64,000 nt of DNA from Candidatus Eiseniibacteriota bacterium (GTDB taxonomy: Bacteria; Eisenbacteria; RBG-16-71-46; CAVPCR01): the NCBI GenBank assembly GCA_963823555.1, contig CAWGMA010000002.1:160001-224000 (forward strand), written 5' to 3'. The notes beneath the pieces were generated by a model that worked only from the letters and a program-made list of their open reading frames with translations, made no database searches and had not been told where the DNA came from. Both the position numbers and the translations under genes were made by a program. Each line of letters starts with the position of its first letter. Within the stretch, counting starts at the first letter, position 1. Shown in pieces: positions 30,270-38,561 of this stretch.

Positions 30270-33200
30270 ACACGCTGGAATCCAGGGCAACCGCCATGGC
30301 GGCACCCGGCCGCCCCCTGTGGCTGCGGGTGCTCAAGCGGCTCGCCATCGTTGTGGGCGCGATCATCCTCCTGGCGATCCTCACCGGCATCTTCGTCCTC
30401 GGCACCGAGGCCGGAGGGCGCCTGCTGATCTCGAGTCTCGACCACCCGACGACACCGCTCGTGGTCGAGGCGTTTTCGGGCCGGCTCGGCAGCCGGTTCG
30501 AACTCCGTGGCATTCGCGTCGAATCGGACTCGCTCCCGGTCGAGGCCGCGGTCGAAAGGCTGGCCGTGGCGTGGCATCCGCTCGAGCTCGCGCGAAGGAA
30601 GCTCAAGATCGATCGCATCGACGTGAGCGGTGTCGAGGTGACCGTGCTCGAGACCGCACCGAGCGAGAAGACCGAACCGGCCCGGGCCGATTCCACTCCG
30701 GCTGCGATCGAGCTCCCGATCGCCATCGAGCTCGGCGAGCTCGTGATCGAGCGGGCGCACGTCGCGGCGCCCGGGGACATCGCCGTCGACCTGGCGGAGC
30801 TTCGGGCTGGAGGCAGCCTCGATTCCTACTGGCTCGAGCTGACCGCCCAGGTGGCGGCGCCCCCGATCGACTCGGCCGCGGTTGCTCTCGACGCGCGGGG
30901 CGGATCGGATCACGCCGAGATCAAGTCCCTCCGTGTCGATGCCCTCGATGGAACGCTCACCCTCGAGGGCCGCGCCGCCTGGCTGCCGCTGATCTCGTGG
31001 GACGTGGCGCTGGCGATCGAGCACATGGTTCCGGGGCCCTTGCTTCCCGATCCCGAGGCCTGGCCGGGAGAGGTGTCGCTGCGGGCGGGATCCCAGGGTC
31101 AGCTCATCGACGGCCAGCCCCATGCCCAGGCAAGGCTCGAGTCGCTCGACGGCACGTTGCGCGGCTATCCAATATCCGGCATGGCGGATCTCGCTCTCCA
31201 GGGCCAGCGCCTCGACATCGAGGCCATCGACCTGAGCTGGGGGGCCGCCGGGTTGCGCCTCGAGGGGCGGGTTGAGGAGACGATCGATCTCGTCTTCGCC
31301 GTCGATACCGAGGACCTGGGAATCGCCATCCCCGAGGCCTCGGGTTCCGCGCATGTCTCGGGGCGGGCGGCGGGCAGCCGCTCGGCTCCCAAGCTCGACG
31401 TGGAGCTCCGGGGCGACTCGATCGCCATCGCCGAGAATCGCGTGGCCGCCCTCGCCGGCCGGATCGCCGCCGATCTCGGCGACGAGGGAGCGAACGATAT
31501 CGCTCTCAAGGCGCGCGGGATCGAAGCGGCGGGGCAGGTGGTGGACTCCCTCGCGGTGTTCGCCACCGGTGGGAAGAGGGCCCACGACGTGTCCACCCAC
31601 GTGCGCAGTGACTCGCTCGGCCTCAGGCTCGACCTCGCCGTGTCCGGCGGACTTGTCGATTCGACCTGGCAGGGACAGCTGACGCAGCTTGACATCGATT
31701 CGCGTGACGCCGGGAAGTGGGGGCTTGCCGGTCCGGCCGGCGTGCGCGCGGCCAAGACGCAGGCTCAGCTCGAGGGCTTCTGCCTCGAGTCCCGCGGCGG
31801 CTTGCCCGGCACCGAGGGATCCGCTGGTACCACGCGGCTCTGTCTCGATGGCTCCTATGCCCAGACCGACGGTGGCCGCGGTCAGCTCGAGATCGCCGCG
31901 CTGCCACTCGCTCTACTCGGATCCTTCCTGCCGGAACACTGGTCGATGGCCGGCGTACTGGCCGCGGAAGCCCGGTTCGCCATCGCTGCGGATACCCGGA
32001 TCGATGGCGACATGACGCTTCGGATCGAGGACGGCGCTCTCACCGTCGCCCTTGGCGACACCAGCGACACCATCGGGTTCACGACCCAGGTCGGCGCCAC
32101 CGCCGGGCCCGGCGGTGTCCAGGCCGATCTCCACGGCGACCTGACGCGGGCCGGCGCCACCTTCGGGGATCTGGCGGGCGAGCTGGCCTTGCCTGCGCTC
32201 ACGCACCTCTCGAGCCTCGCCGACACGCTCCAGCCGCAACCCCTGTCGGCGGAGCTCCGCATCCACTTCGTCGATCTGGGTCCGCTCGCCCTGCTGGCGC
32301 CCGACGTGGACAGCCTGGCCGGGCGCCTCGCCGTCACCGTCGATGCCGGCGGCGATCTCCACCAGCCCGATATCAGGGGCGAGGCCGTCCTGAGCGAGGG
32401 CATGGTCAACATCGTGGAACCCGGCCTCGAGCTCCGGGATATCGTGCTCACGGCTCGCGGCGACACGAGCGGCAAGGTCGATATCGAGAGCAGCCTCCGA
32501 TCGGGCGGCGGCAGCCTGTCCCTCACCGCCCAGTCGGTGCTGGCTGATCCCGACAGCTTGCAGCTGGATATGCGCATCGAGGGTGAGCGCTTCACCGTGA
32601 TGAACACACCGGAGATCCAGGTGGCGATCTCGCCCGATATCGAGGCCCGTGTCCGCGGGCGCCAGGCCGAGGTTCACGGCGAGGTCGAGATCCCGTTCAC
32701 GCGGATCGAGCTCAAGGAGATCCCGCCTTCGGCGCAGAGTCCCTCCGCGGATGTTCGCTTCATCGATGCCGAGGCCGAGGAAGAGGAACCGCCCCTCGAT
32801 GTCACCGCCGAGGTGCGCGTCGTCCTCGGCGACAGCGTGTCCTTCAAGGGGTTCGGGTTCTCCTCACACTTCAACGGCAGCATCAAGGTGATCGAAAACC
32901 CCGGGCAGCCCACGAGCGGCACCGGCGAGCTCCGCGTGGTGAACGGGCGCTACAAGGCGTACGGGCAGGATCTCACCGTCGGAACGTGGGGCGATAGCCT
33001 GTCCGGCGAGCAAGATCCGGGGCGCATCATCTTCGCCGGCGGGCCGATCGACAACCCGGGACTCAACATGCGTGCCTTCCGTGAGGCTGACGATGGCACC
33101 ATTGCCGGTCTCTTCATCCAGGGCACGGCCAGGGCGCCCGAGATCACGCTCTTCTCAGAGCCGGCGATGCCCGAAGCCGACGTCCTGTCCTACATCGTGC

Positions 33201-33535
33201 TCGGCCACAAGATGGGCGAGGGCGGCGACTCGGACATGCTGGCCGACGCCGCGGTCAGCATGGGTCTCAAGGGCGGCAACATGATGGCGCGGAGCCTGGG
33301 CAGCAAGGTGGGCCTCGACACCGGCATCGAGACCGAGGGCGGGCTCGACGAGGCGGCGCTGGTGACCGGCAAGTACCTCTCGCCCAAGCTCTATGTGAGT
33401 CACGGCTACGGCCTCTTCGATCAGGTGAGCACGTTCCGGGCCCGCTACTTGCTCTCGAAGCAGGTCACCGTTCAGGCGGAGACCGGCGCCGGCTCCGGTG
33501 GCGACGTGCTCTACCGTCTCGAGCGCGGGCGATGA
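30266..33535 (+). CDS. tamB: TamB translocation/assembly module protein
   Basis: N-terminal TM then GTEAG, long beta-taco repeats, YKAYGQDL, P......LSYIVLG, GKYLSPKLYVS.G; ATGA overlap with tamA. Confidence 0.92.
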   Translation: MNTLESRATAMAAPGRPLWLRVLKRLAIVVGAIILLAILTGIFVLGTEAGGRLLISSLDHPTTPLVVEAFSGRLGSRFELRGIRVESDSLPVEAAVERLAVAWHPLELARRKLKIDRIDVSGVEVTVLETAPSEKTEPARADSTPAAIELPIAIELGELVIERAHVAAPGDIAVDLAELRAGGSLDSYWLELTAQVAAPPIDSAAVALDARGGSDHAEIKSLRVDALDGTLTLEGRAAWLPLISWDVALAIEHMVPGPLLPDPEAWPGEVSLRAGSQGQLIDGQPHAQARLESLDGTLRGYPISGMADLALQGQRLDIEAIDLSWGAAGLRLEGRVEETIDLVFAVDTEDLGIAIPEASGSAHVSGRAAGSRSAPKLDVELRGDSIAIAENRVAALAGRIAADLGDEGANDIALKARGIEAAGQVVDSLAVFATGGKRAHDVSTHVRSDSLGLRLDLAVSGGLVDSTWQGQLTQLDIDSRDAGKWGLAGPAGVRAAKTQAQLEGFCLESRGGLPGTEGSAGTTRLCLDGSYAQTDGGRGQLEIAALPLALLGSFLPEHWSMAGVLAAEARFAIAADTRIDGDMTLRIEDGALTVALGDTSDTIGFTTQVGATAGPGGVQADLHGDLTRAGATFGDLAGELALPALTHLSSLADTLQPQPLSAELRIHFVDLGPLALLAPDVDSLAGRLAVTVDAGGDLHQPDIRGEAVLSEGMVNIVEPGLELRDIVLTARGDTSGKVDIESSLRSGGGSLSLTAQSVLADPDSLQLDMRIEGERFTVMNTPEIQVAISPDIEARVRGRQAEVHGEVEIPFTRIELKEIPPSAQSPSADVRFIDAEAEEEEPPLDVTAEVRVVLGDSVSFKGFGFSSHFNGSIKVIENPGQPTSGTGELRVVNGRYKAYGQDLTVGTWGDSLSGEQDPGRIIFAGGPIDNPGLNMRAFREADDGTIAGLFIQGTARAPEITLFSEPAMPEADVLSYIVLGHKMGEGGDSDMLADAAVSMGLKGGNMMARSLGSKVGLDTGIETEGGLDEAALVTGKYLSPKLYVSHGYGLFDQVSTFRARYLLSKQVTVQAETGAGSGGDVLYRLERGR

Positions 33536-33551
33536 CATGAAAGGACGTTCG

Positions 33552-34148
33552 ATGAGTTACAAGGGGATCGTGCTGGTTCCGGTCTTGATGCTCTCGAGCG
33601 CGGGTCCGCTCCTTGCCGGGAAGCCCAGCTTCGACTGCGAGAAGGCCCAGGGCGAGGTGGAGCAGGCGATCTGCGCCGATTCCACGCTCGCTGCTCTGGA
33701 TGTGCAGATGAGCGAGGTGTGGGGCCAGGTGATGGCGCTCGTCAAGGACAGTGACAAGCGCACCATGATCGAGGGCGAGCAGCAGAGCTGGACCCGTGAC
33801 CGCGATGCGTGCCTGAAGGAGAGCGAGATGCGGCCCTGCATCGCGCTCAAGTACAGGACCCGCATCGCCGAGCTCCAGGCCCGCTGGCAGTTGCTCCCGG
33901 CCAAGGGTCCGCTCGTCTTCGCTTGCGACGGGAATCCCGCCAATCAGGTGGTGGCGGAGTTCTTCGAGACCGATCCGCCGGCCGCGAGGCTCGAGCGCGC
34001 CGGTCAGATCGTCGTGGTCTTCCGCGCGCCGGCGGCCAGCGGCGCCAAGTACGAAGGGCGGCACGTGACCTTCTGGACGAAGGGCAGCGAGGCTCTTGTC
34101 ACCTGGGGATATGGTGCCGAAGAGATGAAGTGCGAGCTGCGTGAGTGA
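33552..34148 (+). CDS. Exported LprI (DUF1311) + MliC lysozyme-inhibitor fusion
   Basis: Signal peptide; PSFDC.KA...VE.AIC....L..LD, Q..W...RD.C, C....Y..RI.EL; MliC motif AASGAKY....FWTKG.EA....C. Confidence 0.88.
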   Translation: MSYKGIVLVPVLMLSSAGPLLAGKPSFDCEKAQGEVEQAICADSTLAALDVQMSEVWGQVMALVKDSDKRTMIEGEQQSWTRDRDACLKESEMRPCIALKYRTRIAELQARWQLLPAKGPLVFACDGNPANQVVAEFFETDPPAARLERAGQIVVVFRAPAASGAKYEGRHVTFWTKGSEALVTWGYGAEEMKCELRE

Positions 34149-34229
34149 CGGGCGCCATCTCTCGGGCTCGTGACCTCGGTCCGAGGGCAGCTGCGGGCAG
34201 ACATCATCGGTGCTATCCGGACCGTACGG

Positions 34230-35588
34230 TCAGATCGCGTGACCGTGACATTGCTTGAACTTGCGCCCGCTCCCGCACGAGCAGGGATCGTTGCGCCCGC
34301 GGCGGGCGTCGGCGTCGGCCATCCATGCCATGACCTCCGGCGCCGGCCGCCCGGCCTTGAGCAGGCGCGCCATCTCCTCCATCGCCGGAAGGTAGTGGGT
34401 GAAGAACCGCTTCAGGCCCGCGCAGAGGTAGTTGTGGCCGGGCTCCCCGTCGGTGGAGGTCGCGAAACGATCCTTCGGACACCCGCCGTGGCACAGCGCG
34501 AGCACCTCGCATTCCCGGCACTGCCGGGTCAGTGAGTCCCTCTTGTCGCGGCCGAACTTCTGCTGCGCGGGTGAGGCGACGAGCTCCAGCATGGGTGTTT
34601 CGTGGATGTTGCCGAGACGGTATTCCGGCTCCACGTAATGGTCGCAGGAATAGAGATCCCCATTGTACTCGAGCGCCGGTCCCAGCCCGCAGGTCGGGGC
34701 GTGGATGCACAGCTTGTACTGGCCGAAAAGCGCTTCGAGCGTGACGTCGAAGAGCTGCACATAGACCCGCCCGACATCATGCCGGATCCACTCCTCGAGG
34801 ACATCGATGAGGAAGCGGCCGTACTGCTCGCCACCGATCGAGCGCTCGGTCACGAGGGCCCCGGTCTGGGTGTAGAGGAGGCGCTTCCGGCCCGGCTGAT
34901 CGCTCCAGCCCAGGTTGGCGATCGGGAGGGTCTCGGGGGTGGCCCGTTCGATGATCGGGATGAACTGGATCCACTCCGCTCCGAGCTCGTCCCGGAAGAA
35001 GCAATAGACCTGCCGGCCGTGGTCCCCGTTGGCGGCGTTCACGGTGCAGAGGATATTGAAATCCACCTCATGCCGGCGGAGGCAGGTCCAGCCCTTCATC
35101 ACCTGGTCGAAGGTGCCCTCGCCCCCCTTGTTGACCCGGTAGACGTCGTGGATCTCCTTCGGACCATCGACGCTGAGACCGACCAGGAACCGGTGCTCCT
35201 TGAGGAAGGCGCACCACGCATCATCGAGGAGAACCCCGTTGGTCTGGAAGGTGTACTCGACCCGCTGCCCCGGCCGCCGATACTTCTCCACGAACTCGAC
35301 CGACCGGCGGAAGAAGTCGAGCCCCATGAGCGTCGGCTCGCCGCCCTGCCATGCGACGGTCACCGTCGGCGTGCGATGGGACTTGAGGAGCTGGCTGATG
35401 TAGGCCTCGAGCGTGGCCTCGGACATCCTGCTCTCGGCGTTCGGATAGAGCGCTTCCTTCGAGAGAAAGAAGCAATAGGTGCAGTCGAGATTACAGGTGG
35501 AGCCGCTGGGCTTCGCCAGCAGGTGGAAGCGCGGCGGGACGGTCGTCAGAGGACCTGCGGCGCCAGCGGTCGGAGTCTGGGTGTTCAC
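34230..35588 (-). CDS. Anaerobic sulfatase maturase (radical SAM/SPASM) with SEC-C tail
   Basis: KP.G..CNLDCTYCFF, WQGGEPTL, YSCDHYV, C..C.....CHGGCPK, GRNDPCSCGSGRKFKQCH. Confidence 0.96.
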   Translation of the reverse strand: MNTQTPTAGAAGPLTTVPPRFHLLAKPSGSTCNLDCTYCFFLSKEALYPNAESRMSEATLEAYISQLLKSHRTPTVTVAWQGGEPTLMGLDFFRRSVEFVEKYRRPGQRVEYTFQTNGVLLDDAWCAFLKEHRFLVGLSVDGPKEIHDVYRVNKGGEGTFDQVMKGWTCLRRHEVDFNILCTVNAANGDHGRQVYCFFRDELGAEWIQFIPIIERATPETLPIANLGWSDQPGRKRLLYTQTGALVTERSIGGEQYGRFLIDVLEEWIRHDVGRVYVQLFDVTLEALFGQYKLCIHAPTCGLGPALEYNGDLYSCDHYVEPEYRLGNIHETPMLELVASPAQQKFGRDKRDSLTRQCRECEVLALCHGGCPKDRFATSTDGEPGHNYLCAGLKRFFTHYLPAMEEMARLLKAGRPAPEVMAWMADADARRGRNDPCSCGSGRKFKQCHGHAI

Positions 35589-35644
35589 GATCTGGGATTG
35601 TCCTCTTGGGGGGACCGGCGGTCAAGGTTGCGGCCGGCCAGAAC

Positions 35645-35683
35645 GGAAGCCGCCGCTTCGCGCGAGGCGAAGCGGCGGCTTCC
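35645..35683. terminator. Perfect 17-bp intra-operon hairpin
   Basis: GGAAGCCGCCGCTTCGC-GCGAG-GCGAAGCGGCGGCTTCC between sulfatase and maturase. Confidence 0.6.
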
Positions 35684-35706
35684 TGGCATGGTCGGCGGGT
35701 CGGGGA

Positions 35707-37212
35707 CTAGGCGCCGCCCGTCGCGCCCTGATTGAGCGCCTCCATGGCCTGATCGAGATTGAAGCTCGCCGCCTTCTGCCGCGGCGGGAACTCCTTGAGC
35801 GTTGCCAGGAACTGACCCACCAGGTTCTGCGCCGGCACGAGCAGGTAGGCGTGGTCCAGCATCCAGTCCCAGTAGGTATTCGACGTGATGTCGGCGCGCT
35901 CGTAGGGATCGGTGCGCAGGTTGAAGATCTTCGGCAGGCGCAGGGGGACGAGCGGTTCCGCCCAGATTTGCAGAGTGCCCACGGCCCGCTGCTCCATGAA
36001 GACGACCTTCCAGTTGTCGTAGCGCATGCAAGCCAGATCGCCGTCATCGGTGAAGTAGAGGAACCCCTGGCGCGGTGTCTTCTTCTCCTTGCCGGTCAAG
36101 TACGGCAGGATGTTGTGGCCGTCGAGGTGGACCTTGAAGGTCTTGTTGCCCGCCTTGTGGCCCTTCTTGAGCTTCTCCTTCACGTCCGGATCCCCGGCCA
36201 GCGCGAGCAGCGTGGGCATCCAGTCCAGATGGCTCACGATCTCGTTCGAGACCGTGCCCGGCTTGATGTGGCCGGGGAAACGCACCATCGCGGGAACGCG
36301 GAAGGCGCCCTCCCAGTTCGAGTTCTTCTCGTTGCGGAATGGCGTCATCCCGGCGTCGGGCCACGAGTTCATGTGCGGCCCGTTGTCGGTCGAGTACATG
36401 ACGAACGTGTTGTCGGTGACGCCGAGCTCGTCGAGGAGGTCGAGAAGCTCGCCCACATGCTTGTCATGATCGATCATCACGTCGTGGTACTCGGACTGCC
36501 AGCGTCCCGACTGACCGCGGCTCGAGGGCTTGACGTGAGTCCGGAAGTGCATGTGGGTCGTGCTGAACCAGACGAAGAACGGGGTCCCGCTCTTGACCTG
36601 CTTCGTGATGAACTCCTTGGCCGCCGCCAGGAACTCCTCGTCCGCGGTCTCCATGCGCTTCTTGGTGAGCGGGCCCGTGTTCTCGATCTTCTGGCCTCCC
36701 TTGCCATCCGCCCAGCAGTGGAGGACGCCGCGCGGCCCGAACTTCTTCTTGAAATCGGGAAAGTCCTTCTCGGTCGGGTAATCGGCGAGCTCCGGCTCCT
36801 CCTCCGCGTTCAGGTGGTAGAGGTTGCCGAAGAACTCGTCGAACCCGTGCATGGTCGGCAGATGCTCGTCGCGGTCGCCGAGGTGGTTCTTGCCGAACTG
36901 GCCGGTGGCGTAGCCGAGGGGCTTCAAGAGCTCGGCGATGGTCGGATCCTCGGCCTTGAGTCCGAGCGGAGCGCCGGGGAGCCCGACCTTGGTGAGGCCG
37001 GTGCGGAGCCCGCACTGCCCCGTGATGAAGGAGGCACGACCCGCCGTGCAGCTCTGCTCCGCGTAGTAGTCCGTGAACAGCATGCCCTCGTTGGCGATGC
37101 GGTCGATGTTGGGCGTCCGGTAGCCCATCATGCCCTTGGTGAAGACGCTCAGGTTCGACTGCCCGATGTCGTCACCCCAGATGATGAGGATGTTGGGTTT
37201 CTTATCAGCCAT
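35707..37212 (-). CDS. Cys-type arylsulfatase, no signal peptide
   Basis: PNIL.IWGDD, SCTAGR (CxAxR), GKNHLG, STDNG, WEG.FRVP. Confidence 0.96.
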   Translation of the reverse strand: MADKKPNILIIWGDDIGQSNLSVFTKGMMGYRTPNIDRIANEGMLFTDYYAEQSCTAGRASFITGQCGLRTGLTKVGLPGAPLGLKAEDPTIAELLKPLGYATGQFGKNHLGDRDEHLPTMHGFDEFFGNLYHLNAEEEPELADYPTEKDFPDFKKKFGPRGVLHCWADGKGGQKIENTGPLTKKRMETADEEFLAAAKEFITKQVKSGTPFFVWFSTTHMHFRTHVKPSSRGQSGRWQSEYHDVMIDHDKHVGELLDLLDELGVTDNTFVMYSTDNGPHMNSWPDAGMTPFRNEKNSNWEGAFRVPAMVRFPGHIKPGTVSNEIVSHLDWMPTLLALAGDPDVKEKLKKGHKAGNKTFKVHLDGHNILPYLTGKEKKTPRQGFLYFTDDGDLACMRYDNWKVVFMEQRAVGTLQIWAEPLVPLRLPKIFNLRTDPYERADITSNTYWDWMLDHAYLLVPAQNLVGQFLATLKEFPPRQKAASFNLDQAMEALNQGATGGA

Positions 37213-37290
37213 TGCGTACTCCTATGTGGACGATGCCACTTGCGGTGGATATGAGAGGGGCTTTCGATGAAAGCTCGCGGCCTTCCTTTC

Positions 37291-37842
37291 TCATCTCCTT
37301 TCGATCTCCGGGGGACGGTCGCCTCCGCCCGGCCGTTCGGCGGCGGTCGGCTCTCGCTCGGCCTTTGCCTGTTCCACACGCTGGAAGACGAGCACCACCG
37401 CGGCCAGGCCGAGGAGCGCGAGCCCGATGCCGGTTCCGAGACCCAGGATGCTGGCTTCCCCGCCCCGGGGACCGGCGACCGCGCCGAGGAAGAGGATCGC
37501 CAGCATGACGATGACGACCGCCACCAGATTGGCCTTGAGCTGCTCCAGATTGGCCACCGACAGCCAGGCGGGTAGTGGGATCGCCGGGTCGATGAACAGC
37601 TCGTAGAGCCCGATCGCGGTGACCAGGAGAATGGTCCCGAGCAGGAACAGATCGACGAGCTCGATCAGCTCGAGCGCGAACAGGCGGGCCCCTTCGGCGT
37701 TGTACATGCCGAGACCGAACGCCTCGTGGATCATGGTCGCCGTGGTGATCACGCCGAATACGAGCACGCCGACCGCACCCGCCACGAGGCTCAAGACGGC
37801 GAGGACCACCGAGTATCGGGATAGACGCAGAAGGGTCCTCAT
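37291..37842 (-). CDS. YqhA/UPF0114 family membrane protein
   Basis: Four TMs; IELVDLFLLG.IL...IGLYELFI, WL.V.NLEQLK..L..V. Confidence 0.85.
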   Translation of the reverse strand: MRTLLRLSRYSVVLAVLSLVAGAVGVLVFGVITTATMIHEAFGLGMYNAEGARLFALELIELVDLFLLGTILLVTAIGLYELFIDPAIPLPAWLSVANLEQLKANLVAVVIVMLAILFLGAVAGPRGGEASILGLGTGIGLALLGLAAVVLVFQRVEQAKAEREPTAAERPGGGDRPPEIERR

Positions 37843-37853
37843 ATCTTGCTCCC

Positions 37854-38210
37854 TCAGCCGGTGAGGACGTTCATGAACGCGAGGGTGCCGATCACCCAGA
37901 GAATCGAGGCGAAAGCGAGGGGCAAGAGCCGGGGTCGCTCGCCGAGCCGGCGGAGGAACAGGATGTACTGGATGGTGGCGAGGAGCAGGGCCGCGAGGCC
38001 CATCCCGATCGGTATCAAGCCGATGGCCCGCGGCTCCCTCATCGGCATGTGGCCCGGTTGTTCGGCCATGCCGGCCAGGAACTTGTAGATCGTGAAGCCG
38101 AATCCGATGAGGGAGATGGAGGTGCGCACCCAGGCCATGAGCGTCCGTTCGGACGCCATGACGGTGCGATCGAGGGCAAGGGTGTTGCTATCCACGGCCG
38201 GAGACTTCAA
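37854..38210 (-). CDS. DUF202/YidH family membrane protein
   Basis: LALDRT.MASERTLMAWVRT.ISLIGFGF; three TMs. Confidence 0.88.
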   Translation of the reverse strand: MKSPAVDSNTLALDRTVMASERTLMAWVRTSISLIGFGFTIYKFLAGMAEQPGHMPMREPRAIGLIPIGMGLAALLLATIQYILFLRRLGERPRLLPLAFASILWVIGTLAFMNVLTG

Positions 38211-38435
38211 GCGTGGTCCCAGTCATTAGAGGGTGGAAAAGGCCGGCACCCAGGCGGGGCTGATAGAGGAGGCGTCAAGATAGAGACTGGCCTTTCGTCT
38301 GTCAACCCTGGCCGCAAGCGACCGGGGAACCCTGGCTGAGGGTGGCTGGCGGCGAGCCGGTCGATTCGTCAGGCCCCATTCGGAAGTCTGCCACTTTGTC
38401 CGTCCGGGCCTGCACTCGATGTCAGCCTGACGGTG

Positions 38436-38460
38436 TAGGTCATTTATTGATAACGTGTTA
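38436..38460. promoter_or_regulatory. 25-bp double IHF-like motif
   Basis: TAG-GTCA-TTT-ATTGA-TAA-CGTG-TTA. Confidence 0.55.
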
Positions 38461-38484
38461 TGCCCCTCGGCTGGCATCCTCGGC

Positions 38485-38499
38485 GGGCATGCCTCTTGC
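38485..38499 (+). promoter_or_regulatory. Sigma54 promoter for the nfnAB operon
   Basis: GGGCATG-CCTC-TTGC (GG-N10-GC), 25 bp downstream of the IHF-like motif and about 60 bp upstream of the GTG. Confidence 0.55.
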
Positions 38500-38561
38500 C
38501 CCATAGCGGGTTGTCCCGGACCTGGATCCGATTCGATCCCGCCCAAGGCAGAGGGGATGTC

